Shown here in pieces: positions 28,069 through 37,211 of a stretch of 64,000 nucleotides of DNA (the first letter of the stretch is position 1; every line of letters starts with the position of its first letter). The notes under the pieces were generated by a model that was not told the DNA's origin, did no database searches, and saw only the letters and a list, made by a program, of their open reading frames with translations. This stretch comes from Rhodothermales bacterium (GTDB lineage: Bacteria > Bacteroidota > Rhodothermia > Rhodothermales > UBA10348). Made by a program: the position numbers and the translations under genes. The stretch lies in assembly GCA_017643395.1 (NCBI GenBank), contig JAEPNP010000001.1, positions 267,806 to 331,805 of the forward strand, in the 5' to 3' direction.

Positions 28069-28473
28069 CTAGTTGAGGGGCTCACCGAACAGGATGCGGT
28101 GTCCATCGCAAGTCTGCACCACGAATTCCCGATGACCGTGTGAGCGATCCCCAATCGGAACGACGATCTCCGCCCCGCGCGACAAGAACTCGTCGTGGAG
28201 CTCATCCACTCCTTCGGTCATCACGTGGAGAAACCATGAGTGATTGCCCGTCTCTCCAGCGTCGACTTCGTCAGGACACTCGCCGAGCATGAGCAGGACC
28301 GCGCCACGAGACAAGAAGCTCCACCCGGGCGCTTCGATTGGGTCCCGTTCGAAGCCGAGCACTTCGACGAAGTACTCGGTCGACGCTTCGAGGTCGCGGA
28401 CAGCTAGCACGGAACGAGGACGAAGCAACTCAGCCATGATCAGCACATTCGGTTTTTCGGGGCCGGTGGCCAT
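28069..28473 (-). CDS. VOC/glyoxalase/bleomycin-resistance family protein
   Basis: 134 aa. LAVRDLEASTEYFVEVLGF... and ...REFVVQTCDGHRILFGE are typical VOC termini. Confidence 0.8.
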   Translation of the reverse strand: MATGPEKPNVLIMAELLRPRSVLAVRDLEASTEYFVEVLGFERDPIEAPGWSFLSRGAVLLMLGECPDEVDAGETGNHSWFLHVMTEGVDELHDEFLSRGAEIVVPIGDRSHGHREFVVQTCDGHRILFGEPLN

Positions 28474-28490
28474 GGGCAGACCGCGGCATG

Positions 28491-30641
28491 CTACCGCGCC
28501 AGGTGTCGGTCAAAGAACTCGATCATCTTGCCAAACAGGTAGCGATCGTAGTGCCGCTCACGACTCCATCCGTGCGTAGCCCCGGGAGCAAACGCAAAGT
28601 CAAAGTCCTTGCCCTGCCGAATTAGCTCTTCAGCCAACACCGCGGTTGTCTTGAACGGGACCACATGGTCCTGCATCCCGTGGATGAACAGGAGGTGATC
28701 CTCCAGATTCGCTGCGTACTTGAGCGCCTTTCTTTCGAAGACCTTCGGGTGGGTCTGGGGGCGACGAACGATCGCGACGTCGTCGGTGCCAAAAAAGAAC
28801 GGGTCGACCGCCGCAGCAGCAGCCACACCCGCCTGGAACAGGCCTGGCTTCATCAGCAAGGAGTAGACGGAGAGTGTGCCGCCGTAGCTGCTGCCCCAAA
28901 TGCCAATACGATCGGGATCGACATAGTCGAGTGACTCCAAGTAGGCCACGGCGCTTGCGTAGTCCTCGATGTCCTGGTCCGCGAAGCCCAGCAGGAACTC
29001 CTCACGGAACGCCCGGCCGTAGCCGTCGCTGCCGCGGGAATCGACCTGCACGATCACATACCCCTTCTTGACCAGCAGTTGCTGCACGAGGCTGTAGTTG
29101 CCGGACCAGCGGTTTCTAGCGGTGTTCGAGTACACCGGCCCAAACAACACCGGGTACCTGGTGCCCGGCTGCATCTCGGCAGGCTTCAGAATCCGGGCAC
29201 GCAGCGTGTAGTCGTCGACAAGACTGGGGAAGCTGACGTATTCCGCAGCCGTCCACGTTCGCTCCGAGAAGGTGGGCAGCGGCGAGTGTGTCACACGCGT
29301 CGCGTCACCACCGTCGTTGCTCACCACATACAACTCGTTCGGCGACGTGTCGCTACTGTGCATGAAGGCGAGGTGCTGGCCGTCTGGTGAAGGGTAGCCC
29401 GCGTTCCGGCCAGCAAGGCGCGTCACCTGCTCGGGGTCGCCATCGGACATTTTCAGGCGATAGACATGCTGCTCGTGCGCACCGTTGCCGTTGCCTGCGT
29501 AGAACAGCGCCTCCCCGGCAACACTGGGGGCAGAGAGCACATCGTAAGAAGGATCGGTTAGCAGCCGGGGCAGATCCCTGGATGGCGAGGCATCGATCGT
29601 ATAGAGGCCGTAGCGATCACCCATGTCGCTCAGAAACACGACGCTCTTGCCATCCGGATGCCAGGCAGACGCGAACGATGTGTACATGCGGCTCTCCCGA
29701 ACACCTCGCCAGATCTCGCGGGGCTCGCCTTCACCGGGTGCAACGACAAAAAGCTTGCGCTCGACCGCGGTGTCGGACGCGATGTCGATGAGCAGCGCAC
29801 CGCTCGGTGACCAGTTGAAGTCGATAACCTGATTGGCGTCCGGGTTGGGCAGATCCAGGTATTTGATGGCCCCGCTTTGCACGTCGAGCAGTCCCACCCT
29901 GCGAATCTCGTTCGCATCGCCCGGGTAGCCTCGGCGGACCTCGTTCGGATTGGTTTCGTCAGCGAGATAGTCCGGGAATGGCACCTTGCGCATCGCCCGT
30001 CGATCCACGACGTGGATCGCGATGGTCGTGCCATCCGGGGACCACTTGTAGGTCGGTCCGCTCCAGATGCCGGGGCCTATTTCGCGTTCTGCCCGGCTGT
30101 AGCGCCCCCTGGGCAGACTCGAGAGGCTCGGGATGCCGATGTCGGTGAGCTGGCGATTCTGTTTGGAGGCGAAGTCGGCAAGCCACAGGTCCCCGTCGCG
30201 GATGTAGGCCGCCTGGCTGGCGTCTGGCGACAGGGAGAGGCTGCGTGCGCCTGCCTCGAGAGGCATGAACCGGACGTCGTCTCCCTGGCTCAACGAGGTC
30301 TGCCAGAGATCGTTGCCCCGCAGACTGACGATGGCGTCCGCGTCGGTCCAGACGATGTCGCGCACTGACGGGGATTCGGCTGCGGACACAAGTCGGATGT
30401 CCTGTCCATCGCTCGAGGAAATCCACAGGCCTCGTCCGGGTATTCCTGGCTCATTCCAGGAGAACGCAAAATGCTCGCTGTCCGGTGCCCAGGCTGGCCT
30501 GGACGGGGTCGTTCCCGTCAGCTTGGGCGTCGCGAACAGGTCGTCCAGAGTCAGTTCACCGTGCTGGGCAACGATTGTCCTGGGCATCGCGATAAGGATG
30601 CCTACGAGTAGGCAGGCTCGCCAAAGTGGCACCATGTGCAT
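28491..30641 (-). CDS. S9 family peptidase (DPP-IV/prolyl oligopeptidase type)
   Basis: Signal peptide. N-terminal beta-propeller-like region. Catalytic GxSxG (GIWGSSYGG) with downstream Asp/His region (...HGMQDHVV..., ...GATHGW). Confidence 0.9.
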   Translation of the reverse strand: MHMVPLWRACLLVGILIAMPRTIVAQHGELTLDDLFATPKLTGTTPSRPAWAPDSEHFAFSWNEPGIPGRGLWISSSDGQDIRLVSAAESPSVRDIVWTDADAIVSLRGNDLWQTSLSQGDDVRFMPLEAGARSLSLSPDASQAAYIRDGDLWLADFASKQNRQLTDIGIPSLSSLPRGRYSRAEREIGPGIWSGPTYKWSPDGTTIAIHVVDRRAMRKVPFPDYLADETNPNEVRRGYPGDANEIRRVGLLDVQSGAIKYLDLPNPDANQVIDFNWSPSGALLIDIASDTAVERKLFVVAPGEGEPREIWRGVRESRMYTSFASAWHPDGKSVVFLSDMGDRYGLYTIDASPSRDLPRLLTDPSYDVLSAPSVAGEALFYAGNGNGAHEQHVYRLKMSDGDPEQVTRLAGRNAGYPSPDGQHLAFMHSSDTSPNELYVVSNDGGDATRVTHSPLPTFSERTWTAAEYVSFPSLVDDYTLRARILKPAEMQPGTRYPVLFGPVYSNTARNRWSGNYSLVQQLLVKKGYVIVQVDSRGSDGYGRAFREEFLLGFADQDIEDYASAVAYLESLDYVDPDRIGIWGSSYGGTLSVYSLLMKPGLFQAGVAAAAAVDPFFFGTDDVAIVRRPQTHPKVFERKALKYAANLEDHLLFIHGMQDHVVPFKTTAVLAEELIRQGKDFDFAFAPGATHGWSRERHYDRYLFGKMIEFFDRHLAR

Positions 30642-30749
30642 GTCTTTGTCCTTGTACTGTCGTCAAGGTACTCAGGCGCGCGGGCGCCGACCTCGCCAAG
30701 CTCATCGCGGAGAGCAGTACATTTCTCTACCTCGCGGCGCGACTGCCTC

Positions 30750-32450
30750 ATGAAACTCGTCAGTACCCAGCTATCCTACTTCTTTAGCGACAAGCGAACC
30801 CAGCGCAATGTGCGGGCGCTGCTGAAGTACGTGGCCTTCGTGGCGGTGGTGGTCGTGGTGTTCGCCGAGCTGTTCCACCTGATCATGGTGCATGTGGAGG
30901 GGCAGGAGCACTCGTGGTTCACCGGTCTCTACTGGACGCTGACGGTGATGAGCACGCTCGGTTTCGGCGACATCACCTTCCAGAGCGACATCGGGCGCGT
31001 CTTCAGCATGGTGGTGCTGATGTCCGGCGTGGTGCTGCTATTGATCGTCCTGCCCTTTGCGTTCATCCGCTTCTTCTATGCGCCCTGGCTGGAGGCGCAG
31101 ATCCGGCATCGCGCGCCAGAGCGGGTACCCCCCGGCACGACGGGGCACGTCATCATCTGTGACTACGAAACGATTGCCCCGGGGCTGATTGAGCGCCTGA
31201 AGAGCAAAGACATCCCCTACTTCGTCCTCGAACCCGATCCGACGCTCGCCTCAAACCGGTATCTCGACGGGATCTCCGTAGTCGTTGGTGAGCTCGATAA
31301 CAGGGCGACCTACGAGTCCCTGAACCTGGATCGGGCCCGCATGGTGATTGCCAACAGGGCGGACACCGTCAACACCAGCATCATCCTTACGGTTCGGGAG
31401 GTGGCCCCGGAGGTTCCCATTGTAGCCACGGCTGGCAGGGAGCACTCCGTAGATGTGCTCAAGCTCAGCGGGGCCGATCATGTGCTGTGCCTGAAGAGGT
31501 TTCTGGGCGAGCAGCTCGCCAGCCGTGTCGCTGCCTCTCATGCGCGTTCGCATGTGATCGGCAACCTCAAAGATCTCCTGATCGCCGAATTGCCGCTGCA
31601 TCGCACACCGCTCGCCGGACGCACCATCCGGGAGACTCGGCTGCGGGAGATCTCCGGGGTCAGCATTATCGGGGTGTGGGAAAAAGGCCGGATGACGCCG
31701 TCGCGACCGGATACTCAGCTCACCCATTCCAGCGTCCTGGTCATCATCGGTACGCAGGCGCAACTCGACAAGCTGGACGAGCTGCTCTTCATCTACAACG
31801 TGAATGAGAACCCGGTGTTGATCATCGGTGGTGGCGTTGTCGGGAGGGCAGCTGCGAGGGCGTTGCAGCGACAGGACATTCCCGTGCACGTGGTGGAGCA
31901 AAACCCCGTCATCTGTGACCGTGCCCGCCCCCATTGCAAGGCCGTATTCACGGGCGACGCCGAGGACTATGATTTGCTCGTGGAGGCTGGCGTCCTGAAA
32001 GCTCCCTCCGTGCTACTGACGACGCACGACGATGCGATGAACATCTTCCTTACCTCGTACTGTCGGCAGCTCAACCCGGAATTGCGCCTGGTCAGTCGCA
32101 TTACGCACGAACGCAACCTGGAGGCCATCCACCGCGCCGGAGCAGACTTTGTGTTGAGCTATGCCTCGCTCGGCGTGGAGTCGATTACTTCAATTGTGGA
32201 GGGCAAGGACCTCATTATGCTCGGTGAGGGCGTTGACCTGTTCTCGGTTCCGCTGCCGGCGTCGCTGCATGGGAAGTCGCTGGCGGAGACGGGAATTGGG
32301 GCGCGGACGGGGCTGAATGTGGTTGCTATTCAGGATGGTGGGGAGGTTCGGACGAATCCGCCGGCGTCTACGGTGCTTGAGCCGGGTACGGAGCTGCTGA
32401 TGCTTGGTAGTAATCAGCAGCGGCAGGAGTTTTTGAGCGTGTTTGGGTAG
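30750..32450 (+). CDS. Potassium channel protein with two RCK/TrkA-N domains
   Basis: Selectivity filter TLGFGD. 2-TM pore module. Two Rossmann-like RCK domains (GHVIICDY..., VLIIGGGVVGR) with TrkA-C-like segments. Start at the ATG at 30750. Confidence 0.88.
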   Translation: MKLVSTQLSYFFSDKRTQRNVRALLKYVAFVAVVVVVFAELFHLIMVHVEGQEHSWFTGLYWTLTVMSTLGFGDITFQSDIGRVFSMVVLMSGVVLLLIVLPFAFIRFFYAPWLEAQIRHRAPERVPPGTTGHVIICDYETIAPGLIERLKSKDIPYFVLEPDPTLASNRYLDGISVVVGELDNRATYESLNLDRARMVIANRADTVNTSIILTVREVAPEVPIVATAGREHSVDVLKLSGADHVLCLKRFLGEQLASRVAASHARSHVIGNLKDLLIAELPLHRTPLAGRTIRETRLREISGVSIIGVWEKGRMTPSRPDTQLTHSSVLVIIGTQAQLDKLDELLFIYNVNENPVLIIGGGVVGRAAARALQRQDIPVHVVEQNPVICDRARPHCKAVFTGDAEDYDLLVEAGVLKAPSVLLTTHDDAMNIFLTSYCRQLNPELRLVSRITHERNLEAIHRAGADFVLSYASLGVESITSIVEGKDLIMLGEGVDLFSVPLPASLHGKSLAETGIGARTGLNVVAIQDGGEVRTNPPASTVLEPGTELLMLGSNQQRQEFLSVFG

Positions 32451-32706
32451 GCGGGGCTGGCTGCCGACCGGTTACCTCCTGCTGAGTTTTAACGATGAAC
32501 CGTTGATGTTCGTTCTTAACCGCTGTCCCGGGCACTTCTCTGATGCAGTTGAGCCGGGGTTCCACTCTAGGGCCGTGCAATGGGGAAGACCGCTTACAGG
32601 TGGCGACATACTCCGCTGGTCTAGGTCGTTGACGAGCAGCAGGCATGGCAGCCTGACGCTCGTCCCCGACCAGCGCTTCAGCACCACTACAAACAACCAT
32701 GGCTTG

Positions 32707-33654
32707 CTAGCTCAGTCCCCCTGAATGACGCCATCCCGCCACGCGCAACTCGCGTTCAACATATCGCCGATGGCCCATCCGCCTCTGAAGCTCCCGCTCC
32801 AGCGCGGCGATCGGATACAGATTCTGTGGAGCCCTGGGATCCTTGTGAGGTTCCGCCGCGAAGCGGGGGAGTGCCGTACACGAAAAATCAGCGAGAGTTG
32901 CGGCTGTAGAGGACTTCATGTCACCTGAGGCCTCACAGCGGATGATCCCACTCCACGGATTCCCAGCCAAACTTGGCATGGGCAATCGAGCGTACCAGGT
33001 GTATCGTGTAAACTGCTCGCCGATCAGGAAGATGGGCGTTCGTTGTCCGACTTCCAGCTCGGGAATCACGGCTGACAAGTCACTCTCCAAGTAGGCCACG
33101 CGGTGGGTCTTGACGTACCCAATTGCCGGTTGTACGTCCCGCCCGCTTCCAATTGGACCGTCGAACACCACGACCGCATCTTCCTCCAAGGAGATATTCC
33201 GGGCCACATCCGCCTCAATTGCCCGCATATCTACTTGAAGTGCGGACATCAAGGAATCGACGTCGTCGGCCTGTACCGCCCGGGGCGAGTAAACACCAAC
33301 ACTTGACCGCAAGTCGGTGGGTCCAGCACGAGCGATAAGTCGTCTCTCGACGCGAGTGCTACAAATCTCAGCGGAGTCGCCACACCTGGCGACGCCGGCG
33401 GCGAAACTTGCGCATATCCCGGGGCGCGTTTCCCCGTCTTCAAGCGTTATCCAGACTCTCGCATCAATGCGTCGAACCCCATCGATGAAATAGACGACAC
33501 GAGGCGGCCGCTGCATCTCGGGTGCGATCGGCCGCCACTCTCCCCGAGTCATCTCAACCTCCACATCAACAACCGAACTGGTCGGCTGCTCAAGTGCCTC
33601 GGCTCCCAAAGGGCTTCCATATTCCGGAGCCCATGGCTCCACGGCGATCTTCAT
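32707..33654 (-). CDS. NurA-like nuclease (putative)
   Basis: 315 aa. N-terminal acidic motif YFIDGVRRID, comparable to the NurA IDGS catalytic Asp motif. The start codon lies 1 nt after the rad50-like stop (TGAAATG). It is the last gene of the herA-mre11-rad50 cassette. Confidence 0.6.
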   Translation of the reverse strand: MKIAVEPWAPEYGSPLGAEALEQPTSSVVDVEVEMTRGEWRPIAPEMQRPPRVVYFIDGVRRIDARVWITLEDGETRPGICASFAAGVARCGDSAEICSTRVERRLIARAGPTDLRSSVGVYSPRAVQADDVDSLMSALQVDMRAIEADVARNISLEEDAVVVFDGPIGSGRDVQPAIGYVKTHRVAYLESDLSAVIPELEVGQRTPIFLIGEQFTRYTWYARLPMPSLAGNPWSGIIRCEASGDMKSSTAATLADFSCTALPRFAAEPHKDPRAPQNLYPIAALERELQRRMGHRRYVERELRVAGWRHSGGLS

Positions 33655-33655
33655 T

Positions 33656-36049
33656 TCAGACAGCCATTTTCGTAATCGACGACACGTTTCCCTCCTTGTA
33701 GAGTTCGAAACGCACCGGCATCCGTTCGGCTAGATCTTGGACGTGGGTAATGAGTCCGATCATGCGACCCCCAGCGCCCAATTCCTCCAGGGCGCTAGCG
33801 ACGGTATCAAGTGTTTCCGGGTCTAGTGTCCCAAACCCTTCGTCCAGGAAAAGCGCCTCTAGGTTTGCCCCTCCGCGCACACCCAACTCTGCGACCTGGT
33901 CGGCAAGGGCCAGTGCCAGTGACACCGAAGCGAGGAACGTCTCCCCGCCGGACAGCGACTTCGCCGACCGCCTCTCATCTGCGTTCAGATGATCGATCAC
34001 GACGAACTCGTTCTGGTCCCCAACCTCCAAAGAATAGGCTCCTGAAGACAACTCTCTAAGGGTCTTGCTGGCCCCGAGGACGAGCGCCTTAAGAGCGCGC
34101 TTAATCATCCACCCTTCGAAGTACTTCGCACCGAGGAGCCGCGAGAGTTCTCGAGCGGTCCGCCCAGCGGAATCCTCTTGTCTTGCCCGGTCTTGAAGTT
34201 GACAGGCTTTCTCAAGCTGCGCCTGGAGATCCGCGGCAGCCTTTTCAGCTTTCGCATAGGCGCTCTGAACGGCACCGATGGGGTTCTCTCCTTCCTTTAC
34301 TTCGACACCGGTACGCGCGAGGCTTTCCTTAAGCCCCTTGAGGATACCCTCCATCTCGGCCTGCTTGGATCGCCTCATCTCTTCTAAGGCGTCAAGTTTC
34401 GGCCTGAGTCGCTTCGCCGCTGCGATTGCCCACTGCTCCAGACCCTTCCATGAGGCCAGGAGATCGCCCTCGACGCGATCTGGCGGATCGAGGCCAGCCC
34501 GGGAGGCATCACCCCGAGCCTCCTTCCACTTCTCCCATGCCGCGACCACCATTCCCGCTTGAAGCCCGGCTTTCTCCTGAGCGACCTGCCTTTTTCGCTC
34601 GATAGCGCCCTCCGAAGCGATGGCAGACCTTACCCGGGCATCCAGGTCGTCAACTCGCGCGAGGTCCTTTGCGAGCACTTCCAACTCAGGGGTCTTTTCG
34701 AGCTGCTTTGCTAGATCCTTGAAGCGCTTCTCGGCCTCTTGAAAGCGGGCCTCAGATCGAGCGGCAGACTTCTCAATCTTGCCCAGATTATCTGTTGCTG
34801 CCTTGAGGTCCGCCTTAGCCTTCTTGACGACTTCACCCAGCGCCGCCAGGTCGGCCGTCCCAGAATGGTCCGGTAAGTCAACCACAACCTGAAGACAAAC
34901 CGGACACGGCTCGCCTGGAACTAAAGACCTTGCGAGATGCGCTGCTTGATGACGGTTTTGAGCCGATCGGAGGTCACTCTCAGAGCGGGTCAATCTGTCT
35001 TCGGCTTGCGCCAAGGCCTCACTAGCCGTTTCCAGCCTCGTTTTTCCGTCCTTGGAATCAGCCTTGAGCTCGACCAGCTGCGCAGCCACTGTCGCTGCCT
35101 CCTCTCGTCGGCTAAGCTGGACCTTGAGATCGCCTCGGTCAGGGAGTTCCTGTCTCTCCTCGTTCAACGCCGAGCGCTCAAGGCGAACCTTTTTCAGTTC
35201 CTCCGCTAGCTTATCGACCTTCAGGTTGGCTTCATCCAATTGTCCGGCAGCGACCGTCGCAGCCGCTGGAATTCTCAGCTTAGCCACGATGTCGGACTGA
35301 GTAGCGAGTGTCTCTGACTTCCTCGCTATCTCTTTTAGTTCGTCTCGCAACTGTTCAAGTTCGTCCCCTGCCTTCGCAGCCGCTAGCTGAGTGGCCTTCA
35401 GCGCTTTGAGCACCTCTTCCGATCTCTTGAGCGCGTCCGGTGTGACACCTTGGTAATCCTCTTCTAGACGCCGCTGTGCGATCTCGAATTCCGACCTGTG
35501 CCCGTCCGCCCGCCGGGAAGCCTCCCGTCGCAGGTCCTCGTAGAGCCCAAGCCCCAGCAGACTGATCAACAGATCTTGGCGCTCCGCCGGATTCGCGTGC
35601 ATGAACTTCTGGAACTCGCCCTGAGGCAACACCACGCAACGAGTAAAGTCCTCATAATTCAGGCCAATGATGCTCGTTATTGCGTTCTCGATGTCGCGAG
35701 TGCTATCGGCTAGGACCTGCACGCCCTGTTCCAATCGCGCCTCCTTGGTGGTGGCCCTTTCAGGTGAGAGCATTCGCACAACCCTCGTAGCTGTGTATTC
35801 CTTACCACCAGCATCGAACCTGAGGCAAACCCGGGCCTCATTGCGCCCCTTACTCACGATGGCGGTCGTGGCCTGCTTACCGTAGCGCGGGACCGCGCCG
35901 TACAACGCAAACGTCATGGCGTCGATAATGCTCGATTTCCCGGATCCCGTGGGACCGCTTAGAACGAACAGGTCGGCGTCCTCGAAATCGATCTCTACCT
36001 CATCTCTGAAAGAAGCAAAGCCGTGGATGGTTAGGTTCTTAGGGCGCAT
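33656..36049 (-). CDS. Rad50/SbcC-like SMC-family ATPase
   Basis: Walker A GPTGSGKSS, long coiled-coil, central zinc hook CPVC (34895-34906), signature SLSGGETF, Walker B LFLDEGFGTLD, H-loop LITHV. The ATG at 36049 overlaps the mre11-like stop by 11 nt. Confidence 0.9.
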   Translation of the reverse strand: MRPKNLTIHGFASFRDEVEIDFEDADLFVLSGPTGSGKSSIIDAMTFALYGAVPRYGKQATTAIVSKGRNEARVCLRFDAGGKEYTATRVVRMLSPERATTKEARLEQGVQVLADSTRDIENAITSIIGLNYEDFTRCVVLPQGEFQKFMHANPAERQDLLISLLGLGLYEDLRREASRRADGHRSEFEIAQRRLEEDYQGVTPDALKRSEEVLKALKATQLAAAKAGDELEQLRDELKEIARKSETLATQSDIVAKLRIPAAATVAAGQLDEANLKVDKLAEELKKVRLERSALNEERQELPDRGDLKVQLSRREEAATVAAQLVELKADSKDGKTRLETASEALAQAEDRLTRSESDLRSAQNRHQAAHLARSLVPGEPCPVCLQVVVDLPDHSGTADLAALGEVVKKAKADLKAATDNLGKIEKSAARSEARFQEAEKRFKDLAKQLEKTPELEVLAKDLARVDDLDARVRSAIASEGAIERKRQVAQEKAGLQAGMVVAAWEKWKEARGDASRAGLDPPDRVEGDLLASWKGLEQWAIAAAKRLRPKLDALEEMRRSKQAEMEGILKGLKESLARTGVEVKEGENPIGAVQSAYAKAEKAAADLQAQLEKACQLQDRARQEDSAGRTARELSRLLGAKYFEGWMIKRALKALVLGASKTLRELSSGAYSLEVGDQNEFVVIDHLNADERRSAKSLSGGETFLASVSLALALADQVAELGVRGGANLEALFLDEGFGTLDPETLDTVASALEELGAGGRMIGLITHVQDLAERMPVRFELYKEGNVSSITKMAV

Positions 36050-37199
36050 GCGAGTCCTCCAGAAGCTCATCGAACAACGATATTATCTCCTCATTCTCGA
36101 TGTCCGATTCGGCTAGGTACTGAGCAAATAGCTCACGAGGCGACCCATACAGATCCTCGATATTGGTTCTTGAATCCTCCTTGGCTTCTCGGTCATTCTG
36201 GTCTTCCAGCGTTACCTCTACGACACCTGAATGAATTTCGCGAACCTCGTCAGCCAAGCCTGGTCTTCGGGCCTCAGCCAGCCGTACGCGAACGAAGGCG
36301 TCCCCAAGGCCATCCGCATGCAGTCTGAATTGCTCGACAGTGCCCTTCCAGGTGAGCAATGCGCGTCCTGACGTCAATGGGACTCGGGTGACCCGAGCGG
36401 GCCTTCCCGGCTTGGCCTCAATGGAGAGAACACATTTTTCCGCTGATTTATCTCCAAAGTCCATGTACAGTGGCGATCCCGGGTACCAAACGGGTGCACC
36501 CGCATCGATGCGCTGCACCCCGTGTAGGTGACCGAGCCCGACATAGTGCGTGTTGGTAGGGAAGACTGCCGCCGGGACCACGTAGTCCAGAATTGACTGC
36601 GACTCCCTCTCTCCCCCGACTCTGGCACCTCCTTGCGTTGTTACATGAGCGGCAACCAGGTTGACCGTTTCTTTGTCAAAGTCTTTCGTCAGAGCCTCGA
36701 CAATCTGACGATATCGATCGCGATACTTACCCTCGTGCTGGCTTGAGTCAAGGTTCATCAGGTCATCAGCCTTGACGATTGTGCGTCTAGAGAGAAACGG
36801 GATGCTGGCAATGACTGCGCGTTCACCTGTACGCTCAACCGTCAATTCGACAACCCCTCCATCCTTGGGTCGCGACGCAACCCAACTCGCGGTGACGTTG
36901 GCAAGCCTTAGCAACGGCGCCACGGCCCGCAGTCGTTTCGGGCTATCGTGGTTGCCCGCCACTACGTGTACGTGGGCACCGGTTGAGGCTAGTTTCATGA
37001 GGGCCTCGTACACGATTTCTTCGGACTCCGGACTTGGAGCCCCGGCGTGGAATTGATCTCCCGTCACAAGGATCAGGTCGGCGTTGTGCTCCGCAGCGAT
37101 GGCAACGATCTCCTCCAGAACAGCACGATGCTCGTCGGCTCGGGAGCGACCACGCATGCCCTGTCCGACATGCCAATCAGCCGTGTGAATTATCCTCAT
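36039..37199 (-). CDS. Mre11/SbcD-like calcineurin-fold nuclease
   Basis: Phosphoesterase motifs HTADWH, VTGDQFH, VAGNHD, AAH, GLGHLH. 386 aa. Confidence 0.92.
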   Translation of the reverse strand: MRIIHTADWHVGQGMRGRSRADEHRAVLEEIVAIAAEHNADLILVTGDQFHAGAPSPESEEIVYEALMKLASTGAHVHVVAGNHDSPKRLRAVAPLLRLANVTASWVASRPKDGGVVELTVERTGERAVIASIPFLSRRTIVKADDLMNLDSSQHEGKYRDRYRQIVEALTKDFDKETVNLVAAHVTTQGGARVGGERESQSILDYVVPAAVFPTNTHYVGLGHLHGVQRIDAGAPVWYPGSPLYMDFGDKSAEKCVLSIEAKPGRPARVTRVPLTSGRALLTWKGTVEQFRLHADGLGDAFVRVRLAEARRPGLADEVREIHSGVVEVTLEDQNDREAKEDSRTNIEDLYGSPRELFAQYLAESDIENEEIISLFDELLEDSHAP

Positions 37200-37211
37200 G
37201 GCGGACTGCGT

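Noticed and set aside
32451-32706. Search for a direct repeat of the ssrA 3' end (attR-like) at the left island junction
   Set aside because: By eye I found no match longer than about 7 nt to tggagatggcgggagtcgaacccgc or to the 43.85-44.36 kb spacer. This needs a computed alignment to be certain.
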